Shown: in pieces, positions 45,909 through 56,954 of the stretch
How the letters are laid out: each line of letters opens with the position of its first letter
Position numbering within the stretch: position 1 is the first letter of the stretch
Program-made: the position numbers and the translations under genes
Notes under the pieces: model-generated
The model's input: the letters and a program-made list of their open reading frames with translations, nothing else
What the model was told of the DNA's origin: nothing
Database searches by the model: none
NCBI GenBank assembly: GCA_905178155.1
Contig: CAJINV010000002.1
Span: 6,912,743-6,976,742 of the forward strand
Source of the DNA: Amoebophrya sp. A120
Lineage: Eukaryota; Protista; Dinoflagellata
Reading direction: 5' to 3'
Length of the DNA: 64,000 nucleotides

Positions 45909-47614
45909 TAGATAGTTTTCGTTTTGAAACTGAAACAAGAAGTGCTAAATTAGAAGATTCTAGCTCAGTAGTTCGTAGTTGTCGTGATCGTTCAAAGTGG
46001 CAGAAAGGGCTACATGAGCGACCGAACAGCTCACAAATGAACTGCATCTATCGAAAAAGAAGCGTTACTTTTCGTTGTATCTCTAAATGCAATCACATGT
46101 GTCAACTTTACAATTACCACACACGGATCTGCAGCTGGGCAATCCGGATCTACCGAGGTTCCAAAAAGGCATCGTAATCGTACGCACGTACTAAAGCGGC
46201 CCGACCGCAAAACGACCCTAACATGTAAAACAATAGTTCGCATGAAGATCGAGCGTTAGCAATTTTCACCCTAGCCGGTTTTGGTAAGTTTTCGGTTGAA
46301 AGCAGTTGCAAACTCAGCTCGATTTATCCATTATCTCGCGGATTTATTATATTCTAGTGCAGTACAACTAGCAGCATATGATTAGCTAACGAACACGAAG
46401 CACGATAGATCAAGCGCAGAAATAAAAAGCGCGAAGTACTATTCATCGAGTGTAGTTGATGAACTCTGAGGATCATGATATCAGAAGTAGATTATTTCTC
46501 GTTTACATGTGAATCTCGTCACTGCGCCTGCAGCGGAAGCTTCTGTAGCAGAAAAGGCCTCTGCTGCGAGCTGGGATGACGCGTTGTGTCACGCTGCAAG
46601 CTTCTTCTCGCTTAAAAAGAAGCTTCCGGCTGATACGGTAGTGACCATGGCAAGAGCCGAGCACTGGTTATTGTCTCCGAAGACTTAGACTGCGTATTCA
46701 GCGCAACGGCAACGACTTCTATTTCAATTTCTACATGATTACTATAACGACTTTCGATTATCTGCTGAACGAACAAATTAAACCGACAACGAATGTACGA
46801 GGACACGGGATTTTCTATTGATCTTGATGCAACTTCTGAATCTGATGACCAGTTTTGGGAGGACGAAGAACGAGTAAAACCTGCGGGCTAACGGGAGCGG
46901 TGGATACTCGACCGCAGTTTTTAGAAATGACCCTCATTGCAAAAGAACCGCGTGATCGTGAACCAGCTCGTTCGCTGTGCGAAATGCAAAAAGAAGCTGC
47001 ATTATTTCCACGACCTTGTAGTTGCAGCGAATTCATCAAGAAGCGAACACACCGAAGCAAGTCAGGCCGCCTTCTGTTGTTCACGGTACTAGTAGAAGGC
47101 GCATTCCTCACCAAGTAAAGATCCTCCAACATGATTGGTATTATCCATGATACGCAGAATCGTCTGCACTAAGGTGCATCTACTTGCGCATGCAGCCGGC
47201 ATACATCAAGAAGATCTGGAATGAAACGAAGTACAACGCTAGAAACATTAACGTTTTCGCCTGGAAACAAGATGCACAGTCACATTGAGCTGTGTTTCAT
47301 GGTTTTCTATAGCCTCACGAATTACATGGTGGTGTGTACTTTTCTTCAAGCAGCTGCACACGAACATGCTCACATTTTATTTTTATCAGAACGAAGAAGA
47401 AGACAGCGATTTCACGAACATGATATTTTTGTAGGCGACTTCAGATTTCATTTTTATCAACAACAACGTTGTAGTTTAATTCCAATAAAAACGATATACG
47501 AGGATAACGCACTTAGCTTCATCTTGTAGGAACTGGGAAAATCGTCTCATTGTTCTAAATTGCTAAGTACCACATCTTCAGCATTTCAATAAGACAAAAA
47601 ACAACAACTCGAAG

Positions 47615-48378
47615 ATGTCGGGCATTATGGAGTACAACGGTTCGGCCGTGGTGGCCATGACGGGGAAGAATTGTGTGGCCATCGCCACGGACAAGCGACT
47701 CGGGGTTAGGCAGTTGACGACCGTCTCCTGCAACTTCCCAAAGGCGTTCGAGCTCACCGACAGGTGCTACATGGGCCTGTCCGGCTTTGCCACCGACGTG
47801 CAGACGGTGTCGCAACTGATGAAATTCAAGTTGAAACTGTACCAGTTACGGGAGGAACGGACGATGCAGACCGAGACAATTATGAACTTGATCTCTACCA
47901 CGATGTACGAGAAACGGTTCGGCCCGTATTTTGTGGAGCCGGTCGTGGCAGGCTTGGACGCGGAGAACAACCCAAAAATTTGCAGCTACGATTTTATCGG
48001 GGCGCAGTCGATCTCGTACAGAAAATCATGGAATGCTTTTGAATGAGAATGATCATGTAGAAGTTCTTCTTAGCGAGGAGGCCAGGACGTATGATCCTCT
48101 AGGTCTAGATTCTTGATTTATTCGTCACATTATAGCCAAAATCCTAAATCACCCTCAGGCACGACTTCACCTGTGCGGGGACCACTTCCGACCAGTTGAT
48201 GGGTGTGTGCGAATCCTTCTGGAAACCCGACATGAACCCGGACGAGTTGTTCGAAACGATCTCCCAGTGCCTCCTGTGCGCCGTGGACCGTGACTGCCTG
48301 GCCGGTTGGGGCGGCGTGGTCCATGTCATCACGCCGGAGGGGGTGCGAACCCGGTCGTTGAAGGGAAGAATGGACTAG
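47615..48378 (+). CDS. PSMB3: 20S proteasome subunit beta type-3, ~206 aa; join(47615..48015,48159..48378)
   Basis: MSGIMEYNGSAVVAMTGKNCVAIATDKRLG, YEKRFGPYFVEPVVAGLD, GVCESFWKPDM, AVDRDCLAGWG and the RSLKGRMD C-terminus are all characteristic of beta-3/Pup3. Confidence 0.97.
48016..48158 (+). other. canonical GT-AG intron (143 nt)
   Basis: GTACAG...CTCAG; gives QSIS-HDFTCAGT. Confidence 0.92.
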
Positions 48379-49901
48379 TTTATTTCAATTGTGATAGTAG
48401 ACTCGATGAGACGAGTGTGCTTGCGTGTGGTAGAAGATAGAGTGGGTTTGTTTTTCACAGCGACGACGCGAAATTGGTCTACCTGACCAGGTGTCTATAC
48501 GAACATGGCGGGAACGGAAAATTTCGAAAAAACGCATTTTTTCTCGTCTCTAGTACCCCTATCTCACTTTCTAGGCGCCGGCAGAAATCGTATGCGATGG
48601 TGCTGCTGTCGTCGACAAGCATTTTTTAAAGCGAATACAAAAAAGGCAAATTATAGGAACGAAGCTGCAACACACGCACCCGCACGAGATGACGGGCCAG
48701 AGCGCCAACAGATCTTCGCGTCTGTGTCTCTTCATTTAGAAGTAAAAATGGAAGAAAGAATTATGGCTGCTATTAAGAACGAAAACGATCCAGAAAAATA
48801 ACCAAAAGATCAAGCTTTGTTGATGATGTTTCTTTGCCGCCCTGACGTCGCTTCCCTTTATGCTACAAGAAAATCCCGACTCTCAGTACGCCAATGATCT
48901 CGAAAAGAAAAAGCTCATTCCTAGCTTGTAGATCTTCAGCTGTTTTGCTGATTTTGGCACAGAAGCGATCTGTTTTTTTTACTTGACACTTGATCCTGGA
49001 CGACCTGGACGTCAAAATCGGGTCCCTTTCTTGAAAAGTGAACTTTGCTTGAAGTATATGATCGAATACATAGGTTTTTCAAATTTGTCTTTGCAATTGG
49101 AATATCTCTGCTTGTTTACCTCCAGGTTTCATTTCAGCACGCGACAAGGTACCAACGTACCTCGATGCAATCAGTAGAAGTACAAGAAATTTCACGAAGT
49201 AAGTCTAATTTTGTTTTTCATCTCACAGATATACTTTCTCATTATCTCGCTGCGCAAAGTACTAGACCCGTCTAAAAACGACAAGAAGTATCAATATAAA
49301 CGACCTAGTTGTAAACAGTGAAACCATGGCTGACAAGACCGCTAGTGCATTTCCTTTCCAGCCTGCTTGCCTTTGAAAAGATGAAAAAGTCGACGAAAAT
49401 TTGTTGGTGAAAATGCTGAGCGCGACTTTTTTCATGCTTTTCTTATTCGACACCGTCCTGGGAGCCGGATAGCAGGACGCGTGCGGAATCTAGAAAAGAC
49501 GAGAAGCACGAAGAGAATAGCAACAGGAGTTCCTTGTTCACTGCAGCGGTGGCGGACGAGAGGCGGAGTCCCAGCGGTGGTCACAGCTCGCCCTGTCAAA
49601 AGACCAATTGCAAGAGAGTCTTCACCTTTATTCGCACCAAGTAAGTATTCTGGCGACCTCTAGTACTACAAGTTCATCTGCAGCGACAATTATTTTCACG
49701 GTTCTTTTCCGACCATAAGCAATTGCAGCTCGCTCCACGAACGCAGTACCGGCGACCTATAGAGAAGAGGATACTACAAGAGACGGCCGACACACGATTC
49801 CGTCTGCCTGTATCAACTGCATCTCAAAAAACGCCGACTACCTAGAACTACCCGGCGCAGCTTAACCACTCTTTTTTTTCGGCCCGAAATATACCGACGC
49901 C

Positions 49902-52900
49902 ATGCTGCTCCAGTACGGCCAAGAACGAGCAGCTGCTCGTGGAAGCACCGCTTCCAGCCCCGGCTCGTCTGCGCGGAGCAGCGGCGCGAAGAAGCCAGTG
50001 GAAAAACTGGCAGGTATGGGTCGCGCCTCTTCCAGGCCGTCTACCACCACGGATTTGCATTTGTCCGGCCCGGAGACTTTCTTGCCGGATCCCGATGAAG
50101 ACTCCTCTCTGTACGAGCAAATCGTTAATTTTCCCTCACAGTTTCAAAGTTGGCGGGAAGGTAGACGCATGCGGGGGACCAGAACCAGTTTGATGTCGGG
50201 ATCGGTTGAAATTGGAGATTTGGGCAACAAGGATTTCTACGGGGCGGCAAGAACATCAGAAGCACGAGCTGCAGCCGAAGAACAACACGAATCCGCAGAG
50301 GTGGGCGTGGCGGAGGCGGCAATGGCAAGAACTACCGATTATGAGGATCAGCTGCAGCCGCTCTTGCTGTCCGAAATTACAGCTAAGCCTGGTCCAAAAA
50401 ACTCAACCACTCTCTCCTCCGCGTCCCGGACCGACTCGCCGAACAACTTCGCAGACAAAGAGACAGCTTCCCAACACACCAAAAAAATGCGCGTTCCGGC
50501 CGTCGCAGCGCTGGCTTTTTTCTCCGTGTCGGGCGGTCCGTGGGGTGTCGAGCAGATCTTCAATTTTTCTCCGCTCCTCGGACTCCTCGTGTTGGCCTTC
50601 ATCGCGGTTTTTTGGTCCTGGGCGCAGTGCCAGTGGATCAGCGAGCTGAGCTGCGCGATGCCCCGGGACGGCGGGGCGTGTGTGTGGGTAAGACGAGCGT
50701 TTGGCGATACAATGGGCCACCAGATGATTTTGTGGAGTAGAGTTTCGAGCTCCTTCAGCTCGGCGATTTTCGCGGTGATGCTGGTCGACGCGCTGCTGGA
50801 TATTTGTTTGAAATCGGTGCTGCCGTGCGACTCGTTTTGGTTCACATGGTGGGGAATCCGACTGTTGCGGGTGTTGATCATTTTGTTGCTAGCGGTTCCG
50901 AGCCTGTTTTCCGCAAACACCTACGACCGAATTCTGGAGATCATGGCAGTTACCGGGATGGTCAGCTTACTGGCGTTCTGCGTCTATGTGTTCGGCTTTT
51001 ACACCGGGGGCAGCCGGTTCGACGCGGTTGCGAAGCAACCAGTTGTAGTTCCGACGAGCAGCGGAATTTTGTTACCGTCGACCGGTCCAAATCCGCAGTC
51101 GGGCGAAATGCACGACAGGTTGCAGCTATTAGGTCCTCAGCATGAGGAAGTGGTCATACAGCGAGCCTCTCTAGCGAAGCGTCCGACAATGATGGAGGCA
51201 GCAGCAGCTGCAGCAGCCAATCCAGGCCCTGACGAGGAAATAACAATGAAGGACTCGTCGATATTGACATCATCTCCCAAAGAACCAACTCGCGGATTTC
51301 TCGAGCCACCACGTGCTACTCCCGAGGACAAGAATCAACAAGGCGCAACCCAAAATGGTGAATCAAGCACCAACCGCCCACCACAGCTCACTGGAGCTGC
51401 GCCGTCGTCACCAAACGCCGACCCACCCGCCGATGAGGACCAGACGTGCATTCGCCCCTGGACGAGGGGCCCGAAGGACTGGGGCATTTTGCTCGACAAA
51501 CCCCCGGAAGATTTCCACTGGTTTTCCGACGGGAACAAGCTACTGATGTTTGCCTATTGGTCCATGTCCGGATGGGACAACGTTTCCTCCGTCGCCGCGG
51601 AAATCCACCAACCGGAGAAAACTTTACCGAAAGCCCTGACTATCGCCTGCGTCGCGTCCTGGCTGCAGTACGCGATCGTTTTTTCCGCGGTGGCGATCGC
51701 AAACGTGGAGCCGTGGGCGAATTGGGGGGAGGAGGAAGACGAACCGGGCGAAAAGGACATGATCCCCATACCGCAGCTGATTGAGCGGATCGTCTTACCA
51801 GGGCCAGCAGTCGGGGAGAGAGCGAACGTGGAAGCAGAGCGTGTTCTTGCAGGTCATGAAATCTCGGAAGCAGCTGCAGGCCGCGAAGAAGATACTCAGC
51901 AACAAGCTGCCACGGACCACGATGCTAAACAACAAGCTGGAACAAACAACACCTGCCCCAACCGCAAGAACACCGCGCCGGGGAAAAGCAAAGCCAAACA
52001 TCAGCAGTTCGCGACTGAGCACGACGTGGAAAAGACTCCTCTGTGGAACTTCCTAAAAACCCTGATCATCCTCACCATGCTGTGCGGTTACGTCGCTCCC
52101 TACGCGTCGGAACTACTTGCGTCCGCCCATCAAGTGCCGGGTTTGGTGGAGGACGGCATGCTCCCGAATTGGAAGGTCTTCAGCTACAGACACCCGAAGT
52201 TCCACACCCCCTGGGGCGGGATCTTAGTGCACACGACAACGGTGATTTTTCTGGTGGTGGCTTTGGATTTCAGCATCCTACTGATCTTCGATAGCATGTT
52301 CAACGTGTTGCCGGACATGTTTGGCTTGCTGGCGTTCTTCAAGCTAAGAAGAGATGATCCGCTGGAAGTGGTAGAAATCGGAGAAATCGCCGGCGATTTG
52401 TCTTGTCGGAACTCTTTGGTGAATTTGGATGGCGAAAATGCTCTTGCAGACGACGCTCTGGAAGATTGTAGCACTAGAAAAAATGTCGCGGGAGTAGACC
52501 AAGATAATGAGCGCCGTGCTCTTCTTGTGCAAATCCCGTCCGACGCAGTCGCCGCCTCGGTTCCTACCTCGCCCGGAAAAATCACCAATCACCCATTAGC
52601 AGGACAAGCTCAGCAAGAACCTGGCACAGCAGGCGTTAAGACCGACAATCTCGCTCCTCAGGTCACTCCTTCTTCAACAACGAAGAAGAGGCAGTACCAG
52701 CACAGAGCGACGAACAAGCGCACCAGAAGCCGCAGCGTGACCAAAAAATCCTCTCCAAACCACCACGAAAAGCACCACCGAACGCGCACCCCGACGCCAG
52801 CTTCCGGCGACGAACTGTCAACGACCTCTCGATCGCCAATCGAGGGGGAAACGTGCACCACGCAGTTCAGCCGGGAAGACCCGTCTTTTGCGATCATCAT

Positions 52901-55288
52901 TCAGACCGACCAGCCGGACCCGAAATGTAGTTCCCGTGCAGAAGTAGATGCTGCCTTAGCTAGTCCGATGAGGAGCAGTTGTGGAACAAAAGCCAGCGGA
53001 AGTGGCGCCAGTAGTGCTTGTTCGCCTGATTCCACATGTAAGCAGAAGGAAACGATGGCGAATGCAGATGCAGCTCCCTGTGACGTTCTTGCATCGAACG
53101 GCATGATTCCTGCTGGTGGAGCAGCAGATATACAAGTGCTCAGCTCCCCCTCCCCCTCAAAATATTGATATTGGAATATTTATTTGGTTACCAAATAGCG
53201 CGCTTCTATGTCACCAAATAGTGCGCTTTTATGTCATCAAACCGTGCACGTTTCGACCTCAAATGCGGAGCGCTTGCGTTGCTTTTTGTGCGACCAAAAG
53301 CGTCGCAAAAGTTTGCAGTCTCTCGCTATGTTGTGAAAGCTAATCGCGATGCTTTGGGCTCACTCCCCCTCGCCAAGGCTGTCCACTTCCCCTCATGAGG
53401 GGGAGTGGGCCCATAGCATCGCGATTAGCCATCAAAGTGTAATATTTTTTGAGCTCACTTCCGAGGTCGCAAAAAAGTCGCTGATTTGACGACACAAAAA
53501 GTGGCGATTTGGCGAGCATTTGCCGGAAGTCTTGCAACTTCTCAACTTACACGCAGAAGAAGGCCCGGCCTTTTCTTTTGGTTGTTGCCGTCTCCTTGTT
53601 TATTCCTGACGCAGTCATCTGACCCCGATTTCTGCGCCAGGTGTGCGGAGATCACAGGCTCGATCGATCAAAGGCACGAAGACACTCCGGGTCCGCGACC
53701 TTTTGCGACGCGTTTGCTGCCACAAAACGCAACGCGATGGATCGCTGCGCATTTATCGGAGTCGAAACGTGCGCGATTTGATGGCACAAAAGTGCAACAT
53801 TTGGTGACATAAAAACGCATTATTTGGTAACCAAATAAATTGCGAAATATTACGAAAAAGTAATACTTTGAGGGGGAGGGGGAGCTTGTCACTTGTATAG
53901 CAGATACCAAACACGAAAATTTCGCACAGAGCGAACGGGAAGAGCAGCACCACATCGTGGAAAATTTGACGCCGAAAAATTACTACGTCGGAGCTGGCTG
54001 TGTCAACAAGAATACAACCTCTGCCGTTGTTGAAGATGGCAAGGGGGGCGATCTGAATCTGTTTCAGCTGCAACATCCTGCTGCGCCATCTCTGTCTACT
54101 TCCCAGCACCCAGCACACAACTACACGACCACTCCAGATTTTAACCCTTTTCAGGGCACCCATCTACAAATAAATCGATTTGACAGCCGAAGAACCAGTC
54201 TTTCTTTCGTCCAGTCGGACGGCTGCGTGTTGACAAACAGCTGTTATGGTCACAATCACCTGGAAGTGCCTCGTGACTCAAAGGAGCACCATCATTATCG
54301 AGGAGGGACACAGCATCACCATCATCAGCGGCACGTTTTTGTCGGCCGTAGAACAGGGAGCAGCGTTCGGACCGCGAGCCCAGACGCGAATTCTGTAAAG
54401 AACGGCGGCAAAAGCAAAAGCAGGAAAAACAAAAAGCGGGAGAACCGGGATAGGAATAACGCTACTTCGAAATCGCGGAACGACAGCTTCGATACTCACT
54501 CGAGCTTGGTATCCTCTGCGGGCGTGGTTTACCATCGTCACGATCCAGACTACACCGGGAACAACAATAAAGAGCACTTCTCCCCTTCTCTATCCTCGAC
54601 CGGAAGGCAGACCTGTGATGTCGACTACTACAAAACCCTGCACGTTGATGTGGATGGTGCGACAAGTATTCGCAAGCTCTCCGCACTTTCCATCAGAAGC
54701 CTGTCGCTGTCCACAACATCTTCCTCCCGGACTCCGTCGTACATCCACGGTGGGGAAATCAAGCGCCCCTTCGTGGTGAAAAGCTGGGTGGTATATGGGA
54801 TTTTTCCGATCTCGTTCTTGTTGTCTATTCTGATCCTGTTTGGCAGCATTTTCGGGACCTACATCGACGAGGGAAAGACCACGACGATGATAGGTTTTTT
54901 CTCCGTCGTCACCTTCGGTTTCGCAATGTCCTTCGGGTTGAACGTGATCGGAAACTGTGTTGAGAAGCACGCCGCTGCTCGGAAAGTCGATGAGCTGCAC
55001 GGAGACTGTCGTGGACGAGGTGTGGGGTTTGATGAAGAAGCCGGTGTTCTTGTGCACCATTACGACCATCATGCTCCGGCGCCGGCACCACAGCCTGTTG
55101 ACTGCAGTGACAATGCAATCTTCGCAGTGCCGCCGGGTGGTTCATCTGGGGTGGAAAAGATCGGCAACGGAACAAAGAGCAGCGGCTTGTTGTTGGAACG
55201 ATGTGATGAACAAGGCCTAGCTAGTGCTAGTGACGAGCAAGCGGGTCGTGCAGCTGCGGAATCGGAAGATGTGAAGCCTTCTGTGTAG
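49902..55288 (+). CDS. APC-superfamily amino-acid/polyamine permease with very large hydrophilic insertions, ~1536 aa; join(49902..53128,53905..55288)
   Basis: FFSVSGGPWGVE, ELSCAMPRDGG..WVRRAFG, YWSMSGWDNVSSVAAEIHQPEKTLPKAL, GMLP..RHPKFHTPW and a final RPF plus two TM helices match the plant PUT/LAT and LmPOT1-like pattern. Confidence 0.88.
53129..53899. mobile_element. large foldback introner-like element, 771 bp, direct repeat GCAGA
   Basis: ~180-200-nt imperfect TIRs (53129-53311 / 53700-53899) starting TATACAAGTG..AGCTCCCCCTCCCCCTCAAA. GCAGA at 53124-53128 and 53900-53904. Internal hairpin at 53339-53429. Removal gives GAAD|TKHENF in frame. Confidence 0.93.
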
Positions 55289-56408
55289 AAACGATACTGC
55301 CCACCCTGGGGAAGTCTTGACTTTACTTGAATATAGACGAACTTGAAGATGATTATAGGAAATCTAATGACACCAGAATCTCGCAAAGATTCTTTGCTAC
55401 TTTATGCCCAGGCTAAAGTAGTAGCTCCAGAACTTCCGTCTTAACTTTTATCATAGCAAATGCACCTTCTAGGCAAAGTTCCGAGAAGATCAAGTCGCAG
55501 CTTTATTCATGCACAACAGTGTGGTGCAGCGATGAACTTCTTGGTCAAAACGAAGGACGAGAAGCAGTACACCTGGTATGGGTTTTCACCACGACACTCA
55601 GCCTACAGCTTTCACTTTGGATTATTCTCGTATTATTTTTCAACCGCGACCGGCAATCTTTCCATCAATTAAATCCTCACGGACCGTTTAGTACTTTTTG
55701 AAAACGAACCGCAGCACAATCACATCAAGAAATCTAGTATACAACTAAAGACAACACCAGATCACCAAAGAATCCTTACACGAGGACGCAAGAGATGACA
55801 ATAAGCAAACGCAATCGAAAGAACAAACCCTCTGCAGCGCAAACTTCAACATCGAACGCTAACGCTAACAAAAAAAGAAAGACGATTGAAGATCGGGGAA
55901 ACAAGTCGAAGCAATGCCCTTGGTGCTGATTCCGGAGCAGTTTTGTTGCGTCATGGGGTGTTGTGTTACCTTGGCTTGATGGTGTCGTTTTGAAGAAGAT
56001 CAAGATTTGTTTTTGTTTTTGCTGGAAGAAAAGCCTGCAGATCTATTTTTGTGATTGCTGCTCCGATCGTGTGATACGACGCACGATTATTTGACATCTA
56101 TGAAAGACGGTTGACGGGAATGGGAAGTTCTTGTCAGATGTTGCTATTGCCTGCTGTTGCGTAATGTGAAGATCAATGTGGTGTGCCGCGAACAATTTAG
56201 TACTTGCTCCTTCAAGGGAGGCACTTTTTATTTTTTGACAATTACTAACTTCATTTCCATTCATCTTCTCCGTTCTAGTATTCGCAACACAGAAATTGAT
56301 CACTCGGTCCGCGCTTTCATTTCGCACCTCGTCTATTTCTTCTGTTTTTCAGCAGTTCAACAAGCGAAAGCTGAATACAATCAACAAGGACGCAAGCGTG
56401 AACAAAAA

Positions 56409-56954
56409 ATGCCGTCCCTCAACCCTCCGCAAGCCCCCGGCGTCATCAAGGCTGGGGACAAAGGGAAAAAGCAATCCAAACCCGCCCCGAAAGTATTGTC
56501 CCCGGAGCAGCTGCGTAAAAAATCGCAGAAGACGCTGGAGCAAATTTGCAAGAAATGCGTTTCCGCGGTTAAGAAGACCGTGCATACGCAGAAGAACGAG
56601 CCCTACACCACTTACAGTCACCCGATTGAGTCGCAACAGGAGGGGTTGGATCTCCTGAAGGTCGCGCCGGGCGACATCGCCAAAATGCCGGAGGATGGGA
56701 CGGACTGCTTCGCCGGGGAGGAAGACAAAAACAAATCGGGACCCCGCGCGAAAAAGTTCTCCTTGGATCAGGAGATGATCGCGGACTGGTGGGGCTACAA
56801 CGTGGTCCAAAATGTCAAGACCAAGGGGGTGAAGGTGTTGTGCTTCGCCGGGCAAAACCCGGGCCCGATGAAGTTCGACGCTGTGATGATCGGAATGGGG
56901 ATCAGTGTGGATTCCAAGAAGATCACCTTCAAAATCCAGTCGCAGTTGTCGTGA
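56409..56954 (+). CDS. hypothetical Lys-rich protein, ~181 aa
   Basis: ATG at 56409 inside ORF 56157-56954, followed by codon usage like neighbouring genes (GC3-rich). No family recognised. Confidence 0.65.
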   Translation: MPSLNPPQAPGVIKAGDKGKKQSKPAPKVLSPEQLRKKSQKTLEQICKKCVSAVKKTVHTQKNEPYTTYSHPIESQQEGLDLLKVAPGDIAKMPEDGTDCFAGEEDKNKSGPRAKKFSLDQEMIADWWGYNVVQNVKTKGVKVLCFAGQNPGPMKFDAVMIGMGISVDSKKITFKIQSQLS

